A stretch of 63,535 bases of DNA, the filler included, from Octopus bimaculoides (taxonomy: Eukaryota), in the NCBI RefSeq assembly GCF_001194135.2. It is 10 parts of 10 records of this genome, joined end to end, with 100 filler letters (N's around TTAATTAATTAA, not from the genome) between each part and the next. Parts side by side here need not be neighbours in the genome. Positions count along the whole stretch, not along the records: positions 1 to 19,425 come from NC_068984.1; 9 more parts are not named here. One strand, written 5' to 3'. The translations under genes and the position numbers were made by a program. Below the pieces are notes generated by a model that searched no databases, was not told where the DNA came from, and worked only from the letters and a program-made list of their open reading frames with translations. Below are positions 1 through 11,355 of the stretch, piece after piece (the first letter of the stretch is position 1; every line of letters starts with the position of its first letter).

Positions 1-16
1 ATATATATATGTATAT

Positions 17-126
17 ACGACAGGCTTCTTTCAGTATCCGTCTACCAAATACACTCACAAGGCTTTCGTTGGCCCAAGTCTATAGTAAAAGGCCCCACGC
101 AGCGGGAATGAACACAGAACCACGTG
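17..126 (-). mobile_element. tRNA-derived CORE-type SINE, 3' part (interrupted copy)
   Basis: Reverse complement matches the body and tail of the intact copy at 4659-4816, with a small internal deletion. It continues at 361-411 after an insertion. Confidence 0.8.
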
Positions 127-360
127 TACATTATTTACATTATTTACATTCGACGGATATTTGTCCTCATCTTGTTTGTTGTTAACACACCGTTTCGGCT
201 GGTATACCCTCCAGTCTTCCCAAGAGACCCGAAGAAGGCTGGAGGGTATATCAGCCGAAACGTTGCGTTAACATCAAATAAGATGAGGACAAATATCCGG
301 CTAATGTAAATAATGTAAATAATGTAAATAATGTACATAATTCCTCATCTCTCAGATATA
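125..360. mobile_element. Palindromic (head-to-head inverted) Penelope-like terminal-repeat remnant with hammerhead motif
   Basis: Arms 125-219 and 234-336 are imperfect reverse complements around a 14-nt loop. Both end in (TAATGTAAA)n. The right arm contains CCGAAGA-A-GGCTG..CAGCC-GAAACGTT. Candidate TSD AACCACGTG (118-126) / AACCATGTG (367-375). Confidence 0.65.
229..269 (+). ncRNA. Minimal type I hammerhead ribozyme-like motif (one core mismatch)
   Basis: CCGAAGA versus the CUGANGA core; 5-bp stem II GGCTG/CAGCC; GAAA; palindromic AACGTT stem III. Stem I is degenerate. Confidence 0.55.
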
Positions 361-411
361 GAACACAACCATGTGGTTGGTAAGCAAGCTACTTACCACA
401 CAGCCACTCCT
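361..411 (-). mobile_element. CORE-type SINE 5' tRNA-like head (continuation of 17-126)
   Basis: Reverse complement GGAGTGGCTGTGTGGTAAGTAGCTTGCTTACCAACCACATGGTT matches the head of the 4659 copy and carries an A-box-like TGGCTGTGTGG. Confidence 0.8.
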
Positions 412-652
412 GTGCCTATATAAGTATGTATAAACGCAAATACACACACACACACACACACACACATCACTATTTATAGAAAGCGAATGTGAGCTCGGCA
501 AATAGACGGACAGTCTGACCGTTAGATAATGAGATGGGAGAGAAAGAAAGCAAGCTGTGAGCTACCGCATACCAAGTCTATCATTATATATTTTTAAAAA
601 AAAAGCAAGAGAAAGAGCGAAAGAGAGAGACAGAGCGAGAATGAGCGAGAGG

Positions 653-687
<35 letters not shown>

Positions 688-899
688 CGTAAAAATCCCT
701 GTTGATTTAAATTACTGGCAGACATTATCGAACATGACATCCATTGTCATACATAAAGTTCGGGCCAACCCCAAGGGAAGTAATGCCTGGTTAACAAATC
801 CCTTGTTGTAGATAACTAAGCGCACTACCCGGTTACGATTCTCAGTTCGACGTGACGAGCCCAAATGTCATATAAACACACACGCGCACACTCTCCATA

Positions 900-938
<39 letters not shown>

Positions 939-1548
939 AACACACGCGCGTGCACAGACACTCATGTTCATGCACACGTGTGCGTGCACACACACATACA
1001 CACACACTCACACACTCACTCACACACGCAAACGTACTTTACATATGCAGGAGGTAAGACAATCCAGAAAAGTAGGGTGAGAGGCCGACATTCAGAAATA
1101 GAGACAGAAACAGGAGAGAAAGAGAGAGAGTGAGGAAGAGAGAGAGTGAGGAAGAGAGAGAGATATATAGAGATGTCTAGATCGATAAGTGTGTGAATGT
1201 GTATGCTTGGGTGTATGCATGTATATATGTATGTATTTATGTACGCATGTATCTATCTATCTACCTCTCTCCCTTTACAGCAATATATATATATATATAT
1301 ATATATNNNNNNNNNNTACATACACTCAAACATTTGTTAATCTATCTATCTATCTATCTATATGTGGGGGGTAGAGAGAGAGAGAGGAAGATACATATAT
1401 ATACAGTGATTTGCATATAGTTGCCCATTAACACGCGTAAACATAGCATTTGTGATATTTCAAAACCAAATTCAATTGACAGAAAGAACTTTAGTAGGGC
1501 ATATTTATGTTGTGTGTGCACTATCATCGTATATATTTGCTTATATGT

Positions 1549-1601
<53 letters not shown>

Positions 1602-1869
1602 CACACACATATATGTATGTATACATACATACATACAATCATACATACATGTATGTATGTATGTACGTATGTATGAAAGTATGTATGTATGTAGGTATAT
1701 ATATGTGTGTGTGTGTGTATGTGTGTGGTATATCGTGGTACGGCTTGTGACTTCATTCATTACTTTAGAGCATGACGATCGATATTAAAGTGGGTCTATA
1801 TCGAATGTTATAGATTTACTTCAATGTGTGTGAGTAAATAGATCAGCTGCCTTGCAAGACTTAATCTAA

Positions 1870-2900
1870 GGAGTATATGGTCTAGTAAACCCAACTCGGA
1901 GACCTCAAGATTGTCTGATATTCGTTCTAGTATTATTCCAGCAACTCATTCAGTGGGGATAGCTGAATGTGTTAAAGGGAGTAAGATGGGTGCCTAATCT
2001 TGTGATTGGGTATCTTCCAGTTCGACAACAGAAACTTGTCATGATGCATATTTCTTGTAAAATCTCTGACGTCGCGATTTGAAGGTCGGTGCAGCTCTTC
2101 TACCTACTAAGGATGTGTGATCTTTCAGTTATGCGGAACTTGCGCATTTTGTCCCGTTAATGTATAATGTAGATCTTTTTACAACGGTACTTTCAATGGC
2201 GTTTGGAATACTTCTATTCCCCAGGCTCCACATATGGCTTGCTAGCTTTGAGTTTTATATTTGTTTACGTCCTTAAAAGGAAACGGGTGGCTGGCACTTC
2301 TCTTTTGAAGTCATTTTCGCACAGTCCAATATATTTTTTCCTTGCGGTTTCCTTATTTGGTAAAACGGAAGTGATCACAGCTTCGTAAACGACTGTAATA
2401 ATCATGTATGCTTGACACTGGTTTCCTGAAATTGTCTAGAATGAACATCTTAATAGGCTTTTTTGCATAGACTTTGTTTTATATTAGGGCCGTTGCTATA
2501 TAGGACTTTCAAAAAACATCAATTGGAGATTTTCGTATATCTATGGCTACCAGGGAAAAGTTTATCTATCAAGGCTAGGAGTATTTTTATCTACATTAGT
2601 CCAAAGATTCAAGGAGAAACAAGGGGTAAACCATATATCTTTAGGCTTGGTTTTTGCTTGAGTCAAAGTGCATGATATCCCCTCTTTGAAGTCACTCTTG
2701 GCCAGGACGATGTTATAGTAGAGGCTGTCTTATCGAAATTTCTTAACAAAGACAGAAATCCTATTACTAATGTTAGCTATAAGGCTTTTAAAGATGATAG
2801 CGGAGTCGCAAATTTCTCTAAGTACATACCTAAGGATTCAGTTTGGTGTATGGTAAGGTTTGTCTAGAGCAATCAGCCTTAGTATGAGAATCATCCCCTT
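1870..2900 (-). mobile_element. Penelope-like retroelement remnant (RT thumb/linker + GIY-YIG endonuclease; probably Naiad-type), pseudogenised
   Basis: Frameshifted minus-strand translation gives IWFTP..TNVDK..LIDKLFPG (about 2550-2635), GNQC..VVYEAVIT (about 2375-2430), KKYIGLCENDFK (about 2310-2340), ASHMWSL and ..HDKFLLSN (about 2025-2050). The clade assignment is inference. Confidence 0.75.
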
Positions 2901-3141
2901 TCACTTGAAACCTCTCAATCTTTTTTCTCCCTAATTCGTTTTGAGAACATTCTACTCGCATTTATTCAAGAACTAGCCATAGTACTTCAACCTGAACAAC
3001 TGACGGATCATGCATTGTATTCTGATTACTGCACGAAATTTCAAGTCACTCGTGTAAAACTTTTAATTAAGCTGTATTTATGTGTTGCTGGAATGTCTGC
3101 TAGTAACCATATTCTGAAAGCAAGCAAACTATACACTATAC

Positions 3142-3181
<40 letters not shown>

Positions 3182-3314
3182 GGAGGGAGAGAGAGAAAGA
3201 GAGAGAGAGAGAAGAGAGACACACACATACACACCCACCCACATATTTATATATATAACATACATACATATATATCTATATATCTATATCTATCAATATA
3301 TCTCTCCCTCTCTC

Positions 3315-3397
<83 letters not shown>

Positions 3398-3540
3398 ACA
3401 TACGAATGTATATATGTATGTAATAATGTATGTATGTATAAATGAATGTATGTATGTGTGTGTGAGTATTATACGCATATATGTATATACCTGTGTTGTG
3501 TGTGTATACATACAGACATGCATATATATATATCTATATC

Positions 3541-3571
<31 letters not shown>

Positions 3572-4613
3572 GCATCTACTTACATACATATACTCATACA
3601 CACACAAATACACACATGCATATGTTTGCATCTGTAGGCAATATATTTGTACTACACCTACGTGCTCTTCCAAATGTGTGTGAGTGTGCGCGTGTGTCTC
3701 TGTGTGTGCCTCTGAGTGTATAGATATAGATAAAATATATATATAAATATATACAGAGAGATATAGATAGATACATGGACAGACAGACAGGCAGACAGAC
3801 AGACAGGCAGAGAGGTAGACANNNNNNNNNNNNNNNNNNNNNNNNNNNNNNNNNNNNNNNNNNNNNNNNNNNNNNNNNNNNNNNNNNNNNNNNNNNNNNN
3901 NNNNNNNNNNNNNNNNNNNNNNNNNNNNNNNNNNNNNNNNNNNNNNNNNNNNNNNNNNNNNNNNNNNNNNNNNNNNNNNNNNNNNNNNNNNNNNNNNNNN
4001 NNNNNNNNNNNNNNNNNNNNNNNNNNNNNNNNNNNNNNNNNNNNNNNNNNNNNNNNNNNNNNNNNNNNNNNNNNNNNNNNNNNNNNNNNNNNNNNNNNNN
4101 NNNNNNNNNNNNNNNNNNNNNNNNNNNNNNNNNNNNNNNNNNNNNNNNNNNNNNNNNNNNNNNNNNNNNNNNNNNNNNNNNNNNNNNNNNNNNNNNNNNN
4201 NNNNNNNNNNNNNNNNNNNNNNNNNNNNNNNNNNNNNNNNNNNNNNNNNNNNNNNNNNNNNNNNNNNNNNNNNNNNNNNNNNNNNNNNNNNNNNNNNNNN
4301 NNNNNNNNNNNNNNNNNNNNNNNNNNNNNNNNNNNNNNNNNNNNNNNNNNNNNNNNNNNNNNNNNNNNNNNNNNNNNNNNNNNNNNNNNNNNNNNNNNNN
4401 NNNNNNNNNNNNNNNNNNNNNNNNNNNNNNNNNNNNNNNNNNNNNNNNNNNNNNNNNNNNNNNNNNNNNNNNNNNNNNNNNNNNNNNNNNNNNNNNNNNN
4501 NNNNNNNNNNNNNNNNNNNNNNNNNNNNNNNNNNNNNNNNNNNNNNNNNNNNNNNNNNNNNNNNNNNNNNNNNNNNNNNNNNNNNNNNNNNNNNNNNNNN
4601 NNNNNNNNNNNNN

Positions 4614-4658
<45 letters not shown>

Positions 4659-4661
<3 letters not shown>

Positions 4662-4816
4662 AGTGGCTGTGTAGTAAGAAGCTTTCTTCCCAACTACATG
4701 GTTCCGGGGTCAGTCCCACTGTGTGGCACCTTGGGCAAGTGTCTTCTACTATAGCCTCAACCCGACCAAAGCCTTGTGAGTGAATATGGTAGATGGAAGC
4801 TAAAAGGAGCTCGCCG
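4659..4816 (+). mobile_element. tRNA-derived CORE-type SINE, near full length
   Basis: A-box-like TGGCTGTGTAG, B-box-like GGGTCAGTCC, CORE-like ACCTTGGGCAAGT, followed by a (TATG)n tail to about 4875. Confidence 0.85.
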
Positions 4817-4926
4817 TATGTATGTATGTATGTATGTATGTATGTATGTATGTATGTATGTATGTATGTATGTAGGTATGGTGACGCAAGTAGGAAAGAT
4901 GGAGCTCAAAATATGAGTATATCTAT

Positions 4927-4998
4927 CAGAAGCAACAGAGTGATTCGGAGGCCGAGAGTTTCGTGCGTTTTAGCCCATGAGTCACTCTGTTGCTTCTG
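4927..4998. repeat. 20-bp inverted repeat (hairpin) with 32-nt loop
   Basis: CAGAAGCAACAGAGTGATTC (4927-4946) versus GAGTCACTCTGTTGCTTCTG (4979-4998): 19/20 complementary. Confidence 0.85.
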
Positions 4999-5113
4999 CT
5001 AAATATCAATATATACATACATACATACATACATACACACATATATATAGAGAGACAGAAAAAGAGAAAGAGACAGACAGACAGAGATAGAGCGAGAGAG
5101 AGAGAGAGATGTC

Positions 5114-5165
<52 letters not shown>

Positions 5166-5749
5166 GTATGTATATAGACATAGATGTCTAATGTTATCTG
5201 TATAAATTAATATGCTGATATTCATATATGCATAATGTGGGAATGTTTTCTCTGTGTGTATGTGTATCCGTGGGTGCGTGTATGCATATATGCAGATATA
5301 ATAAACATATGTATATATGTGTAGGTGTTTGTGTGTTTTTATGTGTGTGGTCAGAAAGAGAATGCAACAAAAACGGTGAACATACATTATTCGAAAGACA
5401 TTTAAAATGTAAAATTCCTATGCATTTCCGTAAGCATGCGGTTAAATGTGTAGGAATATGCACAGGATGAAAGCAAACAACCCTAAAGTAAATCTAAATG
5501 CGTGCATTTTCTGAAAATCTATGCAGAATTGTGCACGTACACTAACATATCAACATTTGGTCGTCTCTGTCAGCTGCAGCTGTTGACGTCTGCACCTCAA
5601 CCACTGTATCTAGCATTCTCTGCTGATGAAAAGCTAGGTGTCGAGAAATGGCGAAGCGGTTGCTTGTCAGTATTGTCAATCCGCAGCCAGCTACAGATAA
5701 AAATGTCTGCTTCAGTCCTCGCAGTAATCTGGCATAGTAATGGAGGCGA

Positions 5750-5774
5750 TGACGTCACACGTTTCCTTAGCAAC
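5750..5774. promoter_or_regulatory. Candidate CRE + RFX X-box module
   Basis: TGACGTCA (5750-5757) lies 3 bp from GTTTCCTTAGCAAC (5761-5774) in a non-repetitive island. Motif match only. Confidence 0.35.
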
Positions 5775-5983
5775 AATGCATTTATAATGGCTGTTCATTC
5801 GTTCAGTGAGACCCAAAGTTGTTATTTAAAAAACAAAAACAATGAAAATTAAAAACAAAATAAATAATAATAGAATTATGGTAATAGACGAAATGGGAAA
5901 CTCTTAAAATTCTAGAAAATCGTAAACATGTCAATTGGTACAGATACGTGGATTGATAGACAGACAGAGAAACAGACAGCCAC

Positions 5984-6042
<59 letters not shown>
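5984..6042. repeat. (TAGA)n microsatellite (representative of many TA, CA, GA, TAGA and TATG arrays across the window)
   Basis: Directly visible tandem repeat. Confidence 0.95.
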
Positions 6043-6043
<1 letters not shown>

Positions 6044-6124
6044 ATGGAGGGAAGGATGAATAGATAGATTGGTTGATTGAATGATTGATTGATAGATCAA
6101 TAAATGGATGGAGGGATATATGTA

Positions 6125-6208
<84 letters not shown>

Positions 6209-6921
6209 TGTGTGTGTGATTACGCACATACGTGCAAATATATGTATGAATATGTGTATGTGTATATATGTGTGAGCTTGCATGTGCATGCACGTGAGTG
6301 TGTGTGTGTGTGTGTGTGTTGTTTGTGTATACGTACGGTTTATCACTGAATCGATAATGTGCCGGCCTACCAGCCTACAAATCGTTGATTGACATCACGT
6401 TAACCGGCAAAGCGCTGGTTCCGACAGTTGACAGTTAACAGCCCGCTGCTTCTGGTTGAGAATAGGTACCATGATGAAGTATTGTGAAACGCTATATGTA
6501 ACATTACACTTTAAGGGCTGGGGGAAATCTTTGTAACAGGATTACTTCAAAACGCATAACAGGTAGCACCCCTGCAGCTATATGACACAGGGACACCTGT
6601 TCCTGTGTATCTAGAGGCATAGGCATTTAGGCAATCACACACACAAACACACACACACACACACACGCGCGCGCACGCACGGAGAGAAAAGCACATACAC
6701 TCAAGAGCACATACACGCACTAGCACACAGAAACATATGCAGATTGGTGGATAGATAATTATCGAATATTAGTTGTGTATTTTTTGTATTCTTGCATTAG
6801 AGCGTCAGCTAATTTACATATACACACACACACGCATTATGTTTGTATGTGTGTGCATTGTTGTCCTTTCAATTTATCGATTGGTAACCTGATTGACTAA
6901 TTGAGATACATATATGTGTGT

Positions 6922-6989
<68 letters not shown>

Positions 6990-7008
6990 ATGTATATATG
7001 TATGTATG

Positions 7009-7040
<32 letters not shown>

Positions 7041-7167
7041 CGTGTGTGTGTGTGTATGTGTGTGTGCGTGTGTATCTATATCAGTGTATGTATATATTTA
7101 TGCATATATACGTGTGATTTTATATATGTATGTATCTAAGTATATATATATATATATNNNNNNNNNN

Positions 7168-7212
<45 letters not shown>

Positions 7213-7231
7213 ATGTATATATGTATGTATG

Positions 7232-7263
<32 letters not shown>

Positions 7264-7363
7264 CGTGTGTGTGTGTGTATGTGTGTGTGCGTGTGTATCT
7301 ATATCAGTGTATGTATATATTTATGCATATATACGTGTGATTTTATATATGTATGTATCTAAG

Positions 7364-7395
<32 letters not shown>

Positions 7396-7448
7396 CGTGT
7401 GTCTCTGTGTGTCTGTGTGTGTATAAGTGCACAATTAGATAGACAGAC

Positions 7449-7486
<38 letters not shown>

Positions 7487-7933
7487 GTAGATAGATAGAT
7501 AGATAGATAGACAGAACGACAGGAAGGCTAACGCAGAGACTAGCAAGCAGTTATAATGCTGTCTTGTATAGAAAAGGAAACACGGTAAACGCTTACGTAT
7601 TTCCTCTTCTACATATATCTGATATGTAATGATGAAGACGCGTAAAAGCTGTGAGAGTTAGGTATGAGGTCAGACTTACAGGTGGGTGTAATGTTTAGAG
7701 CTGAGGTTGGAAACAGTGCAAGGAAAGGAAGAGAGAAAGTGTGGTTGGAGCGTTTAGAAGGAATGTAAAGAAAATATACTAAGACAGAGAGAGAGAGAGA
7801 CGGGGGGGGGGAGAGNNNNNNNNNNNNNNNNNNNNNNNNNNNNNNNNNNNNNNNNNNNNNNNNNNNNNNNNNNNNNNNNNNNNNNNNNNNNNNNNNNNNN
7901 NNNNNNNNNNNNNNNNNNNNNNNNNNNNNNNNN

Positions 7934-8012
<79 letters not shown>

Positions 8013-8300
8013 GATACATAGATAGATACATAGATACATTTCTTTTATTAGCCACACAGGGCTCAACGAAGATGGGACAAATACAAGATAGATACATAGA
8101 TAGATAGATAGATAGATAAGTTTATATAGGTATACCGCTGTAAAGTTACGCAAGTGACTCAAGGAGCGAGAATTTCATTCATTGTACTTATCAAATTAAC
8201 AATCTACCTATCTACTTACATCCATCTCTCCATCTATGTGTGTATGTTTGCGTGTGTGTACGTATACATTCATACATACATACATACATATGTGTGTGTA

Positions 8301-8331
<31 letters not shown>

Positions 8332-9308
8332 ATATATANNNNNNNNNNNNNNNNNNNNNNNNNNNNNNNNNNNNNNNNNNNNNNNNNNNNNNNNNNNNNN
8401 NNNNNNNNNNNNNNNNNNNNNNNNNNNNNNNNNNNNNNNNNNNNNNNNNNNNNNNNNNNNNNNNNNNNNNNNNNNNNNNNNNNNNNNNNNNNNNNNNNNN
8501 NNNNNNNNNNNNNNNNNNNNNNNNNNNNNNNNNNNNNNNNNNNNNNNNNNNNNNNNNNNNNNNNNNNNNNNNNNNNNNNNNNNNNNNNNNNNNNNNNNNN
8601 NNNNNNNNNTATATATATATATATATATATATATATGTAAATGTGCGTGTGTGCGTGTAGCGCATGAGTGACGGTAAGGAAGAAAAGAGAAAGAAAGAAA
8701 AAAACAGAGAGACTGATGTAAAATGAATGAGAGATAATGGAAACATAATCAATGTATGTGTGTAGAGAGAGAGAGAGGGGGTTGAAGGAGAAGAATCTAT
8801 GACATAAGTCAGAAAGAAGAGACGACGAACGAAAGAATGAAGGAATTAAAGAATTAAAGAATGAAACAAAGAATAGAAAAGAAGATAGTTTCTGTCATTT
8901 GACAGATGAATGAGATAAGACGGTGAAAGGAGGAGTAAGTTGTGTGAAAAGACTTCAGCGGAAATAAATGAAAGAAAATTGAATGAGAAAAAATCGAATG
9001 GAAGAAAATATGTAACCATAGCGTTGAATATAAAATGGAAATGAATGATGGGGCGATAGAGCGTGAGAGTGAGTGAGAGAGACAGAGAGAGTGGAGGTGA
9101 GAGAGTGTGTGTGTTTACAAAAATGCTAAGTTGGAGGGAGACATTGTGAATTAGAGAAACAAACTGCGTGTGTTAGTGCGAAAAAGAGAAAGATGAGGAT
9201 GGGAGAAAGATAAAGACTGTTTGGTAAATGAAAAAGAAAGTAAGAACGAAAGTGTGTGAGCGAGAGAGACGTGTGTTAAATAGTTGCCGACGTTTAGTGA
9301 AAAGAGGA

Positions 9309-9372
<64 letters not shown>

Positions 9373-9929
9373 NNNNNNNNNNNNNNNNNNNNNNNNNNNN
9401 NNNNNNNNNNNNNNNNNNNNNNNNNNNNNNNNNNNNNNNNNNNNNNNNNNNNNNNNNNNNNNNNNNNNNNNNNNNNNNNNNNNNNNNNNNNNNNNNNNNN
9501 NNNNNNNNNNNNNNNNNNNNNNNNNNNNNNNNNNNNNNNNNNNNNNNNNNNNNNNNNNNNNNNNNNNNNNNNNNNNNNNNNNNNNNNNNNNNNNNNNNNN
9601 NNNNNNNNNNNNNNNNNNNNNNNNNNNNNNNNNNNNNNNNNNNNNNNNNNNNNNNNNNNNNNNNNNNNNNNNNNNNNNNNNNNNNNNNNNNNNNNNNNNN
9701 NNNNNNNNNNNNNNNNNNNNNNNNNNNNNNNNNNNNNNNNNNNNNNNNNNNNNNNNNNNNNNNNNNNNNNNNNNNNNNNNNNNNNNNNNNNNNNNNNNNN
9801 NNNNNNNNNNNNNNNNNNNNNNNNNNNNNNNNNNNNNNNNNNNNNNNNNNNNNNNNNNNNNNNNNNNNNNNNNNNNNNNNNNNNNNNNNNNNNNNNNNNN
9901 NNNNNNNNNNNNNNNNNNNNNNNNNNNNN

Positions 9930-9977
<48 letters not shown>

Positions 9978-10871
9978 GAATGTGAAAGGAAAACACAGCT
10001 GTAAATGGAGTGAGAAAGAAAAAGAGGAGAAAAAGGATAAACGTGCATTGAATGAGGAATAGAAAGCGAAAGAAAGGTTGGGATTAGATATGGAGCAACG
10101 TGTGTGTGTGTGTGAGAGAGAGAGAAAGTGATTGTGAGCAGAAGACAAGCAGACTTTATAATAATCTCTTTCTCTCTCTCTCATTTCTCTCCTTCTCTCT
10201 CTGTCTCCCACTCACTTTCTCTCCCCTCTCTCTCTCTCTTTCTATGCCTGAGTTAATTTATTAGTGAACAAGTACGCGCGTTTACGTTTTTGTCTACGTT
10301 TCTGAAAGGACGAAAGTGAAATAGAGAAAAAAGAGCAAGGGAAAAAGAGAGAGAGAGGAAGAGAGAGAGAGAGTGAGAGCGGAGGAAAGAGAAAGACAGA
10401 AAAAGAGAGAGAGAGAGTGAGAGAGAGAGAAGATGGAGAAAGTGAGGATGGAGACGTGAAGAGAGAGAGAGAAGGAAAGTGAGGGATCGAGAAAAAGAAA
10501 GCAGTTGAAAATGTAAGATCAGAATCAAGCAAATGCGATGAATCAAAACATTGCATAATTCAAATAGTGTTTCGCTGCCAGAAGATATTTACATAATATA
10601 GTTGTATGTGCATTTTAGTGTGTAAATATATAGTATACATACAGACACACACACACACACACACACACATGCACATACATATAAACTGATNNNNNNNNNN
10701 NNNNNNNNNNNNNNNNNNNNNNNNNNNNNNNNNNNNNNNNNNNNNNNNNNNNNNNNNNNNNNNNNNNNNNNNNNNNNNNNNNNNNNNNNNNNNNNNNNNN
10801 NNNNNNNNNNNNNNNNNNNNNNNNNNNNNNNNNNNNNNNNNNNNNNNNNNNNNNNNNNATATATATATATT

Positions 10872-10917
<46 letters not shown>

Positions 10918-11168
10918 TGTACGCACACGTCTATAAGTGCATACGTATATATATGCATATGTATATGTATGTATGCATGCATGTATGTACGTATATCTAA
11001 CCATACACTATATATTCAAGCCTTAACACTTATATGTGTGCGTGTTGGTTCTGTATGCATGTTTATATAGAAATATATATTTATATATATACACACACAC
11101 ACACACACTTACATGTTTGTGTGTGTATGTGTAAGTGTGTGTGTATGTGCGTGCGTGTGTGCGTGCGC

Positions 11169-11216
<48 letters not shown>

Positions 11217-11280
11217 TTGTATGTATTATGTATGTTATGTCTATATATATGTAATACACAGACAGAGAGAGGGTGGAAAG

Positions 11281-11355
<75 letters not shown>

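Noticed and set aside
6902-7385. Tandem duplication of about 230 bp
   Set aside because: The copies flank a 10-N gap, which fits unmerged contig overlap.
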